Shown here: in pieces, positions 51,840-62,444 of the stretch
How the letters are laid out: every line of letters begins with the position of its first letter
How positions within the stretch are numbered: the stretch's first letter is position 1
Assembly (NCBI RefSeq): GCF_028641065.1
Contig: NC_073412.1
Span: forward strand, 11,718,001-11,782,000
Origin: Leucoraja erinacea
Lineage: Eukaryota
Direction: 5' to 3'
DNA: 64,000 bases
Program-made: the position numbers and the translations under genes
The notes under the pieces: generated by a model
Told to the model about the DNA's origin: nothing
Seen by the model: only the letters and a program-made list of their open reading frames with translations
The model's database searches: none

Positions 51840-54800
51840 ACACAAACATCCTGGTAAATCTATTCTGCATCCTTTCCAATTTAATGATATCTTTCCAATG
51901 GCTGGATGTCCTGAACCGCACACAGGACTCCAAGTATGTTCTCATCAATGACTTGTACAACTTTTGTACTCGGTACCCTTCCGGATGAAGACAAATGTGC
52001 CAAATACCTTCTTCAGCACCTTATCCACCTGTCTCACCTGATAACCATGCACCTGTACTGGATGTCTCCCTTCTTCAACACTCTACCATTTGCTGTGCAA
52101 GTACTGCCCTGGTTCGACCAAAGTACAACACCTCTCACTTGCCACAGTTAATTCCATTTGGCATTCCTTGGCCCACCTTCCCAACTAATCTAGATCCCGT
52201 TGTAAACATAGATATCCTTCTTCACTGGCCACTGTCACCAATTTTGATGTCATTTTCAAATTTACTAACAGTATTCACCACATTGTCATCCAAATTGTAA
52301 ATGTATATAACAAAAACAAGCCTCCAATCAGAAAGACAACTCTCTCCAACAACCCAACAAAGAAGTTGCCAGATTTGAGCGTCTGAGCTATAGGCAGAGG
52401 TTAAGGTGGAAAGGACTATATTTTTTGGAGTGATCTTATAGAGGTATATAAGATCACGAGGGGAATAGATAGAGTGACTGTGCAGAGTATTTTACTCAGA
52501 GCAGGAAAAATCAAGAACCAGAAGGTATAGGTTTACGGTGAGAGGAAAAATTTAATAGGAACCCGAGGGGCTTCACACTCAGGGTGGTGGATATATGGAA
52601 CAGAACAAAACTTGCCCTTTTAATTTGGTTAAGTAGGTAACAGAGCTAGAGAACATTTCACAGAAGTAGAATCGCCAATTAAGTAATTTGGGAGTAAAAT
52701 CATAACCAGGATGGCACGTGTGAAATCCAGACTGGCAAAGCACATAGAATATAGAACAGTATAGCACAGGGAAAGGCCCTTCGGCACACTATGTGCTCAA
52801 CATGCACGATACAAAGTTAAGTTGCTCTGCCTGCACGTGATCCATATCCCTTCATTCTGAATCATTAACAGTTTAGTTCGGCCCATGTTTCACTTTGCAT
52901 ACTCACTTTACTGGAGTGAAAATGCCATTTAAATTATGATCAAACCAAAAAGCACTATCAATCAAACCTTTCAGAGAATCATCAATGTCTTTACAGAGTC
53001 GGTACAAATCACTGCCCCTTCCTGACACTCTCTCTCCTGTGAATAGAACAGAACAGAAACAGTTCTCAAGTGCTCAGATTCTTTTAATTTCATCAAAAAT
53101 AAAGGTATGGAAAAAGACAATGGATGCAACTTAAAAACTTTAAGGCAAAGAAAAGGAAATATCTTAAGTATCACTGTAACACTTGATGCATCAAAAACAT
53201 TTATCTTTAATTTTTCACTTGGAACAGCTGACAGAACAGGATGGATTGTTTTCAGATTCAAGACCAAAAAGTTATAATTCCCCAATTAACTTTACAATGT
53301 TGCGCCATTACTCCAGAGCCTGAGCTGTAGGGAGAGATTATGCAAGATAGGACTTGAAGCGCAGGAGGCTAAGGAATGACCTTTTAGAGGTGTATATGAG
53401 GAGAATAGAAACGGTGAATACACAAGAGTCTTTTCCCAAGGTCACGGAATCAAGAACCAGAAAACATAGGTTTAAGGACATAGGAGAGAAGAAAAATGTA
53501 ATAGGGACCTGAGGTGCAACATTTTCACTCGGAGCGTAGAGGGTATATGGAACAAGATGTCAGTGAGTTGAGCCAGGTGCGTATAGGAAAGGTCAGAGGG
53601 ATATGGGCCAAATACAGGCAAATGGCACTAGCTTATATGGAGCATTTTGGTTGGCATGGACAGGTTTGGCTGAAGGGTCTGTTTTCTAGCCATGTAACTC
53701 TATAATCGATTTGCTCAATATTAAAGATGGGTTTGCAATAAAGGTTCTTTGGCAAGAGCTGCATCATCACTATCTTGATGAATTAAATTTTATATCCAAT
53801 AAACTTGCTCGTGAATAGCCCAGTGTTCAGATCCAGATTATTTTCATCCACCAGATTCCCATGCTGATCACACTACTCCAGGAAGACTTGCGGCAGAGAG
53901 TTGTCCCTCAAGGCAGTGAAAGGCAAATAATAAATGAAAGAAAGGTCTAGTGCTAAATGTCTGACACTATCGGAAATCAAAAAGAACTGAGCACCATGGA
54001 TAGAAAATATACAAATTATTTATTTAATTATTTCTTAGTATCTTAGGTCTCCTTTTAACCTTGCAACTTGGTGGGCCACTAGAAAATATTAAGAATCAAT
54101 CATAATCATAAACAGCCTGGTTTTCATGAAGGTGGGAGTTGGCTGATAAAATATTTAATGAGCTTTCAAAACCAACAATCAAATCAGCTTTCAAAATTCT
54201 GAATTCTTTAAGGATGAAGAAAAGAGGTTGGATAATGTGGACCCAGCAAATACAGTGTATTTGGATTTCTAGGCATTTGATAATATCTAATTAAAGGTTA
54301 GCACATAAGGTTAGCAGATTATATATTGTCATCGACAGAGAAATGGCCAACTAAAGAAAACAGATGGTGGGGATAAATGGGCCATTTTTCAGATCGGCAA
54401 TACTTAACTAATACTATGATCGTGTGGTCACAACTTTGCTGAGAGTATTAAGATAGATAAACTATAAACTTACAAGGACACAAAGAGCATTCAAAAGAAG
54501 TATGGATGTTAAGTGAATAGCCAAGAACTTGATCGATAGGAATTATGTTGTAAATTGTGAAATTATATACTTTGGAAGGAAGAAATTTAAAAAAAACAAA
54601 ACAAATAATGACATAGAGACTACAAAATGTAGAAAAAGGATCAGTGGGTGAGGGGGTGGAAGTGTTTGAAATACAAAGAGCTAGCATGCAGGTACAGCAA
54701 TTACAGAGGAAGGTTAATGAAATCTGTAAGGGGCATGGAGGATAAAAATATATTGAAGTTCTGATGCAAATTTACAAGGAGCAAGGAAGACACCCTCCGT

Positions 54801-54840
54801 GAGTACCGAATAGTTTTAGTCTCCAACATAAGGAATTATA
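51840..54840. mobile_element. Several old, degraded CR1 fragments in LRRC61 introns (about 51840-52310 minus; 52370-52600, 53310-53700, 54190-54840 plus)
   Basis: Decayed CR1 motifs such as gatcttatagaggtatataagatc, gtgtatttggatttc...gcatttgataa and ggacaggtttggctgaaggg. Confidence 0.6.
52968..53036 (-). CDS. LRRC61: LRRC61-like coding exon 7
   Basis: (G)ERVSGRGSDLYRLCKDIDDSLK, 69 bp, matches LRRC61 GERV.GRGS..Y.LC.D.D.SL. Confidence 0.9.
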
Positions 54841-55552
54841 TTCTTGTTTTTACTTAAAATTGAAAGAATTCAATGCTCATAATGTTGGGTTGTAAGGAAC
54901 CCCAATGGAATATGAGATGTCTCTGAAAGGAAAGATTGTGCGATAAGAAGATGCACCAGCTGGATTGTTCTTACATAGAACAGTAATGATTCTGTGGGCT
55001 GAATGACTTCCTTTAAAATTGTAAGTATTCTGCAATTCTGTGAACACTTAGGACATGAAAAAGTAAAAAAAAAATTAATGTTCTCAAAAACACATTCATG
55101 CATTAAAAATAAATGTAAATAATGAGATTAAATGGGTTTTTTTGGGGGTTTTTTTTTTTAAATTTTAAAATCGAATTATCTTGCAGCTAGTGCCTCCTTA
55201 TCATTTGAATGGGGATTGCTGTGCTTGGTCAGCAGGCAGGTTTCCACCCCAAGACTCGGGAAAGCTGCAGAACATTGTGCTTTCCTGTTGGAACTCTGCA
55301 ATGAGCGAACCGGAGCAGCCAGAGCTGGTCGCGGCAGAGCAGAAAATGTTCATCCCCCATCGAAAACACACACCCCCACAGAAATACAGATTTCCGTCAC
55401 TGGTATCATGCTTTAGTCGGATACCAGTGATCTGTATTTGAGTGGGAATGTGAAGATAAACACTGATGTTCCTGCTGGCATTAGGGAAGAACAACTGCAT
55501 AAATATCTTAAAACAGAAATTTCTATTGTTTACAGTTTCTCAAATTACTCAC

Positions 55553-55618
55553 CATCTAATATCTTTATGTTTGGGAACATGTCTAGTATAGTGTTCAGAT
55601 ATGATGTATTCATACACA
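55553..55618 (-). CDS. LRRC61: LRRC61-like coding exon 6
   Basis: (V)CMNTSYLNTILDMFPNIKILD, LRR C-cap motif; ttttcag/gtgagt. Confidence 0.88.
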
Positions 55619-56285
55619 CTGAAAACAAAGGATTTAGAGTCACATCTTTCTGTAGAAATATTTATATTTATGATGCATGTCCCAGTGCTTTACAACATTG
55701 ACAACGTGTTAACTTTGAGGTAGCAATTTTGCTGTCCTTTAAAAGCGGTTTAATATCCCAGATAATATATATGCTGCATTTACAGGAACCATTACATGGT
55801 GACTAAATAGCTTTAAATGGATTTGCCCTTTCTTTAACCTTGCAACATTACATTCTGCCAAGACACCATAAATAATAGAAAACATAGGATTTATTCTGTG
55901 TCTTTGAACTATTGCTGTTCCGCCACATACTCGGGCCAGAAATTAACCTAATTCTTGTCTAATTATCGCATTTCCTTCAAGGATGAACAGAATTAGTGCA
56001 TTTTTACAACCTTGGGATGTTTCCAAGTGCCTTACTTTCAATGAGTTTCTCACTATTGGGTTACACAAAAGCATGAATCTATTTTATATGCAAGCTCCCA
56101 TGAGCATCAATGTGATAAATGATTTTAGTACTGTAATGTCAATTGAGGGATGAATATTAGCCTAAGCATAAGAGAATTCCCTTGTAGGAGTACCATGGGA
56201 TTTTTTACATCCAGGAAGAAGCCAACTCATTGGTTATTACTTCATCTTAAAGACGGTTCTTCGACAATCGAGAATTCCCTTACTA

Positions 56286-57681
56286 CAGGTGCACAACCTT
56301 TTATCCGACAGCCTTGGGACCAGACACTTTTCATAATTCAGAATTTGTCGGTCTTCGGAATGGATTTATTTTTGCGTAGATTTTAATGTCTGGCTCAGTG
56401 GTAGAGTGCTCGGCTCGTATCCGCAAGGTCGCGAATTTGCGCCTTGATCCCGGCAGTTCCTCGGTCGCGAGTTTGAGTCTTCAATGCCATTTTTTTCTTG
56501 CAGAATATATGTCTGTATGAAATGCAGTGTAGGAGAAGTGTACTGACTGTGTGGGCAGAACTTTGGAAGTGATTGCCCACCAGTCTAAAAAGCCGCTGTG
56601 TCTCCCTGTCCCTGGGATAGCAGGGGGTGATCAAACAGCACAATACCCCCCTTCCCCTCCAACTCCAGAGGAATCCTCTCCCCGATGGGCCGCTACGGCG
56701 ACAAGTGGCAGTTCGCCCACAGCCCGAGTTGCGCCACCCCAAGAACAAGACACCATCAGCTTCTGCCCCGACGTGTTCCTCTGGAGTTGGAGCGGGGCTG
56801 GGCTGGAGTTGCTGCTGGCTGTGGGTCTCTGGGATCTCCGTGCTTGCAGTGCATCTGGGGGTCGCTGTCCTGCTGGTCCTGACGTCTCCGGCCACCCCGC
56901 TGGACTGGAGCTGAGACTGGGAACTGTACCGCCCTTGCCCCCTCCCTCTGCAACTGCAAACAACCCCACTCTCCTGCAAGGGCGGTACAGTTCCCGGAGG
57001 ATAGCAGGTGTCCGGAGACGTCAGGACCAACAGGAACCCGCTCCCCGATGGGCCCCGTCATCCGCAACCCAGGTTCCTCTGTAGTTGGAGCGGGGCTGGG
57101 CTGGGCTGCTGTTGGCTGTGGGTCTCTGGGTTCTCCATGCTTGCGGTGGGCCTGGTGGTCGACGTCCAATTGGTCCTGACGTCTCCGGTGACTGCACTGC
57201 GTGCTGGCTGCCTTCGCCGACGTGAAGACAGTACAAAGCCCCCGCGCCGGTGCAATGGGCGGTGAGTTGGAGAGGGGAGGGATGGGGTCACACACATGGC
57301 CGGGGAGCAGAGGGGTGTAGGTGGGGTGAAACTGAAGGGAGCGACAATTTGCTGCTGCCTGCCCGCCGAGTTAAAAGGTTTCCACGCAAGACTCACGATA
57401 CACTGTGTATCGTGTCTACCGTGGGAATTTTTTAACTCAGCGGGCAGGCAGCAGCATATTGTCAATTATTAACCCTCCCGCGCAATATACCCTCACCTTC
57501 TCTTTTATGAATGGGGATTTAGTTCCCCTTTTCTTTGAGGACCGACCGGAGGTTCCGCTGTCACCTCTGCGGGCCGCCCTCGGTGAACGTTTTCAAGGAC
57601 CTTTCTTCAAGGACCGAAAAAAATGTCCGCTATTCGGAGGTTTTCGTTATTTGGATCGTCGGATAAAAGGTTGTGCACCTG
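56286..57681. mobile_element. Non-autonomous Tc1/mariner (pogo/Tigger-like) DNA transposon, about 1.4 kb
   Basis: Perfect 24-bp TIRs CAGGTGCACAACCTTTTATCCGAC / GTCGGATAAAAGGTTGTGCACCTG, each flanked by TA; no transposase ORF. Confidence 0.9.
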
Positions 57682-57812
57682 TATCGGTCTTGTTAGTGTT
57701 GGAATAACAGTCTGAATTCTATGCTCGAAGCTTTATGGAAAGGTTTAAATTCAAAGCTTCTGACCTGAAAAGTGAAGGTATGAATAAAGTCACAGCTAAG
57801 AGAAAGAGTTAC

Positions 57813-57898
57813 CTGGATTACTAAAGCTGCAAACTGTATCTTTCAGTCGAATCATATCCAGATTCTTCAGCTTGGTTATTGAACGAAGTGCATCCACA
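57813..57898 (-). CDS. LRRC61: LRRC61-like coding exon 5
   Basis: (S)VDALRSITKLKNLDMIRLKDTVCSFSNP, 86 bp, ctttag/gtaact. Confidence 0.88.
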
Positions 57899-58011
57899 CT
57901 AAAGAGCAATGCACAGAAACGGAGATAGGTGAGATATCCAAAATTGCTGCAACTACTAACAGCAGCAAATTCTGTCACACAGGATACTGCAAACAAGTTT
58001 TCAACACTAAC

Positions 58012-58072
58012 CTGCTGATTAGGTTTCCTGCCAAGTTGAGGTTCTGCAGATTTTCACAGGAGTACAGAGGAT
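58012..58072 (-). CDS. LRRC61: LRRC61-like coding exon 4
   Basis: (D)PLYSCENLQNLNLAGNLIS, 61 bp, ttccag/gttagt. Confidence 0.9.
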
Positions 58073-58942
58073 CTGGAATAGAAATGAAATGTGGAAAATA
58101 CTGACAAAGGGAAAAAGTAGAGGGTGAAGAATGTGATTTTTTTCCAATAAGATATTAACATTGTTCAAGGCAGAGGAGAAATCTGGAAATTTAAATTACT
58201 ACCAATTTATCGAAATAAATACAAAAGGCAAGTGCAGCCCAATAAGAACATTCTGGCATGAAAAGTAAACCCTGTTTCTCTCTGCACTGACGTTTCTGAC
58301 TAACAAGAGCTTTTCCATCGTTTTATGTGTTTATATTGTTTCCGACTGAAGGTGGCACCACCACTTCATTTCCAATAGAAGCATAGTGCAGGCGGGTGAG
58401 ATTTAATATATTTCAAACCCACTTTTATTGGCCGTTTTCCTCAATTGCAAATCAGACCCCCGAGTGCACATCATTTAAACATGCAAAGTGCAAAGTGTAA
58501 ACTACATTTTTTTTTTAAATGTTGAACTATGAGCTTAAATTCTCTATTGAACATTTGTAAATGAACAGATGAAAAGACCTGAAAACATACAGCTAAGTGA
58601 TACTTCAAGGAATAGTCTAAAGAAAGGTCCCAACCTGAATGGTGCATATCCATGTCCTCCAGCGATGCTGCCTAACCCGCTAAGTTACTCCAGCACTTTA
58701 TTTTCTATGCAAGAGTTGCATTATAAGTATTCCCAATGCAATATTTCAACAATAGTATTAATTATTGAAGATGAAGCATCCAAGTTCTTGCGATACAAAA
58801 AGCGATACAAACAGAAATATATCAGACAGCGTCTATGGAAAGGGAAACGGTTCACATTAAGATCACTAAATCCGAAGATGAGAGATTTTGTGATTATTTT
58901 AATTTAAATTATTTTTAATGATGATGAAGATAGTCACTTTAC

Positions 58943-59089
58943 CGAGATTGGAGATTCTATTGGCTGACAAGTTGAGCACAGTTAGAAGTTTCAGTGATGC
59001 CAAGGGCTTGAGGTTTGAGATATCATTTCTCGACAAGTCCAGCCTCTCCAGATTTACACAGTCTCCAATGCATCCAAGATTGCAGATGT
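58943..59089 (-). CDS. LRRC61: LRRC61-like coding exon 3 (two LRRs)
   Basis: (N)ICNLGCIGDCVNLERLDLSRNDISNLKPLASLKLLTVLNLSANRISNL, 147 bp, ctgcag/gtaaag. Confidence 0.92.
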
Positions 59090-60198
59090 CTGCAGCAAGT
59101 AACAGCACAAATATTCCTTTATATAATTTTCCTTTCTGCAACTACTCTTGTTAAAAAAAGACACTTGGGTTTATATCATATTTTAAGTTTTACTTTCTAA
59201 AAATTGATATTTCCAACTATTGTCAAAAGTACAAAGGAACTAGCCTACAGATGAAGTGTTGGATTGCTGATGGCATTTCACCAGGGAGAAGTGGCTGTGT
59301 GATACCAAGAGTTTCTGTCTGAACCGAGGCATTCTAGGGAGCTAGATCACTGTCTAACACTGGCACAATGTGTCAATGGCTTCACTCTAAAATAAAATTT
59401 GAGTGTTCCTCTAGATGTAGAGTGAAAGGAGAAAGCACATAACTCTTGGAATGATTTCAAAATATCAATAGGGTTATTGAACGAGTAAGCTATCTGTTAC
59501 AGTCTCTACTTTATGGAAAGTCGTGAAGATGGGAGGGAAGAATAGAAGCTAAGTGGAGAGAATGTCAAAAAGAAAGGGACGAAAGGGGGGGGAAGTATAG
59601 TGAAGAGAGCCGTGGGAAACATAATGGACTAAAATACCAGGTCTGCTCACATATGGATACCAATGTTGCTGTGTTTTTGGTGGGAGAAAGAACCTGCTCT
59701 GACCCGAACACACTTCATTCATCTGGTCCAGTTATTTAACTATACTTAAAGACAAAATAAATCACATAAATGCAAGTATATGTTGTTTAGAGAATCAGAT
59801 GGAGCTCTTTTGATCGTTCTTTCAAATGCTGTTACTCAATTAGCTGTGACAAAACAGCCAGACTGTTTAGTCAGTTTGGGCCCGGCTATGTGTGGATTCA
59901 GTAACCATGTTTGCTCGTAAAATTGGAGTCACTGCACATCAAACAAGAATCCAATTTTGTAAGAGCTCTTTGGAAAGTTATGAAGTGATAAGGTAGTAAA
60001 ATAACAGCAACTCATCAAATTGACTGACAATATACCAGTAATACATTGAGAGTGATTTTTGCAAGGAACCAAAATGATACGAGACAGTGAGAGAGTGAGA
60101 GAGAGAGAAAGAGTGAGAGTGTGACAGGGACAGACAGAGTTGCATTTGTTCAAAAGAAAACACGGGATTTGACAGCCACAGCCAGTGTCACTACTCAC

Positions 60199-60294
60199 TC
60201 ATTTTCGTCATCTTTAAGAACAAAATAGACTCCAGTTCAAACTCCCCAGTGGTCGACTTGAGCAGCTCGACGGTGATCTTGACATCTTCATCCT
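60199..60294 (-). CDS. LRRC61: LRRC61-like coding exon 2
   Basis: (E)DEDVKITVELLKSTTGEFELESILFLKMTKM; IT..LLKS.TGEF.LESIL is the LRRC61 N-terminal signature; tttcag/gtgagt. Confidence 0.92.
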
Positions 60295-60377
60295 CTGAAA
60301 TAACAAAGGAAACGCAAAATGAAGTGATTGCTGAGCGGGGAGGAGGTCTGTCGCCGGCTCCAGCTCACTCCACTCAC

Positions 60378-60399
60378 CGGCTCTGGCCTTGGGCTCCAT
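60378..60399 (-). CDS. LRRC61: LRRC61-like coding exon 1 (full CDS 756 bp, 251 aa)
   Basis: gggATGGAGCCCAAGGCCAGAGCCG|gtgagt gives MEPKARA plus 1 nt, whose phase matches exon 2; CpG-rich context. Confidence 0.75.
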
Positions 60400-60403
60400 C
60401 CCG

Positions 60404-60421
60404 CCGTTGCCCGGGCAACGG
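60404..60421. promoter_or_regulatory. RFX X-box palindrome next to the LRRC61 start codon
   Basis: ccGTTGCCCGGGCAACgg fits GTNRCC-N(0-3)-RGYAAC. A partial X-box GTTGCCATGGTCCG lies at 60578-60591. Confidence 0.7.
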
Positions 60422-60820
60422 CCCGAAGCCCGCGGCCTCCTCCGTCGCGCTGCTTATTTGGAGTCGTTTTACCCCTCTAAACCCCCGCTTCCGCTTCTTC
60501 CTTGCCCCGTCTCCGGCTCCTCTCGCTCGGCCGCCACGATGCCCCGGGACTACATTAACCAAGCTCCCCGCCGACCCGTTGCCATGGTCCGAAGCGCGAA
60601 GAAGCGGTGGGAGCTCGTCGATGCTCACAGCGAACACAGCGAACACGGCGCCAGCGACCAGGTGTAGAGGCCGCCCGGCTCCCCCTGAAACAAAGTACTT
60701 TTACACTTTATTTCAACGTCGTTGCTGTGAAAAACATTCTTTGGCAACGTTTAGAAAGATTGCTGAGTAAATAACACTGACTCCCTCAGAACTCCAACGA
60801 AAGTTCCAGAAACATTGAAT

Positions 60821-61413
60821 AGGGAGGTTGCACGGCAGTCGAGGTCACGGCCCGTACTGTTGCTACGCTACGCCAAGTGGAGTACACGCGGTAAACTGCA
60901 GGTAAACACCATTGTTTCCAGCGCATTGGGCCCGTTAAAACCCGACGAAATAGTCGATTTTTCCGCTGTAAATAATTATGGAAATCGGGGTAGGCGTGAG
61001 AGACATTTATCCCACTTCAGAATTCCAAAAGTGAGGAGAAATGACGGTAGAGAGAAGCGAGAGCTGAAGGGACAACAACAGCCAAAGTGCTTGGCGAACA
61101 TTGGCCGTGCAGATATCGAGAATATTGGGAATTATCGCATTTGCTCACTACATTTCATCAACAACAAGGCATTATTTGTGTTTTTTCTTGATTCCTTTGG
61201 CATGTAGAAATTTTCAGAAGTGATAAATCTGGCTGTAAAATTTTAAAATATCCCATGGTTCTCAAGTGGGTTTTTACATACAAAAAGAAAACGCCTCTGA
61301 AGCAAAATGTATCATTAACAATTTTGAATTACATTTTACTCAGATGCAAGCCAATGGCATAATTGTTAGCTGTTAATTGGACACAGCAAACCTCAGCAAA
61401 TTGACAATATCCT
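60821..61413 (+). mobile_element. Putative non-autonomous DNA transposon carrying a degenerate THAP domain
   Basis: ORF 60815-61207 contains IVDFSAVNNYGNRGRRERHLSHFRIPKV...CLANIGRAD...YRICSLHFIN (THAP layout; first two Cys lost). Ends read aat|agg ... cct|att. Confidence 0.55.
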
Positions 61414-61690
61414 ATTGAAAGGGAGTGGGTGTTTAAGCTGTCAGGACATTTTATTATTTGCCAAAATATACATCTCAATAGCGTAATGATAGAAACTTAC
61501 TTTTCCACACACCACTCGTAAGTCTGGAGATTTTTTTAATGATAAATTTAGCTTCAGAAGCGAAGGAACAGATGATGTCTGTGCTGAACATGATGCCAAC
61601 ATAAACTCTGCCTGCATATGATCCACATCCCTCCATTCTCTGCATATCCATGTGCCTATCCAACAGCCTCTTAAATGCCACTATCGTAAC

Positions 61691-62444
61691 GGGCGTGTCC
61701 CACTTAGGTGACTTTTTAGGCGAGTGACGGAGACTCTGCACTCGCCACATGTTCGCTGATGGTCTCTGGTAAGTCTCCTTTATGGTCGCAAGGAGTTCCT
61801 GCATTCTCGGAACTAGTCACGGCCTCAGTATGGTCGCTGCAAATTTTTCAACATGTTGAAGACTTTTCTGCACCCATAAATTGGTCGCCATGGAGAAAAT
61901 CGATAATCCTGTAGTCGTAGGTGCAGTTGTAGTGGGGTTGCCATGTAGTTATGGATAGTCAAGGTAGTCGTAGGTAGTTTTAGTTAATTGTCTTTGCTGA
62001 TTGGGGGAAAAAAAACCCATAAGCAGGACTTTTCAGAACCAAAGATAACCAACCAGTAATCTTAAATGTCCGCTGAACTTCACAGCTGTGTATCTCTCGC
62101 TTATTAAAAGTTGTCTGTCTTCTTAAAAGTTGTCTCCACTCCTTCTCCCCCCCCCCCCCCCCCCACACCTTCTCCCCTCTTTTAAAGGACTTACCGTACA
62201 CTGTGCTAGCATTCTTAATTACAGCGCCAACCTTCCTGTTCATCGCGTGTGTGTCTGTATCACCTTGGCTTTGTACCATGTGAATTTCAGACAGCGCTCC
62301 CCCGCTTGCCCTGGCCCCCGCCTTTGCGATGTATTTGTGTGTGTTCCACTCTGACAGTCGCCAGTTTCCGGTTTTTCAGGTGACTACCAGCAACTTGACA
62401 GTCACCGGCTGTCTGCTGTAAAATCACCTAAGTGGGACAGGCCC
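61691..62444. mobile_element. Harbinger-like MITE inserted into a minus-strand CR1 fragment (about 61600-62700)
   Basis: TIRs gggcgtgtcccacttaggtgactttt / aaaatcacctaagtgggacaggccc; CR1 sequence continues on both sides. Confidence 0.8.

Noticed and set aside
56391-56483. Functional tRNA-Thr(CGT) gene
   Set aside because: No acceptor stem, mismatched anticodon stem and disrupted T-arm; it is tRNA-derived only.
56395-57465. ORFs of 135-211 aa inside the TIR element as a possible transposase or cargo gene
   Set aside because: No DDE or HTH motifs; they arise from GC-rich internal duplications.
60214-60291. ATG at the start of LRRC61 exon 2 (MKMSRSPSS...) as the true start
   Set aside because: It is out of frame with the conserved LRRC61 sequence and ends in a stop; the exon 1 ATG gives the correct phase.
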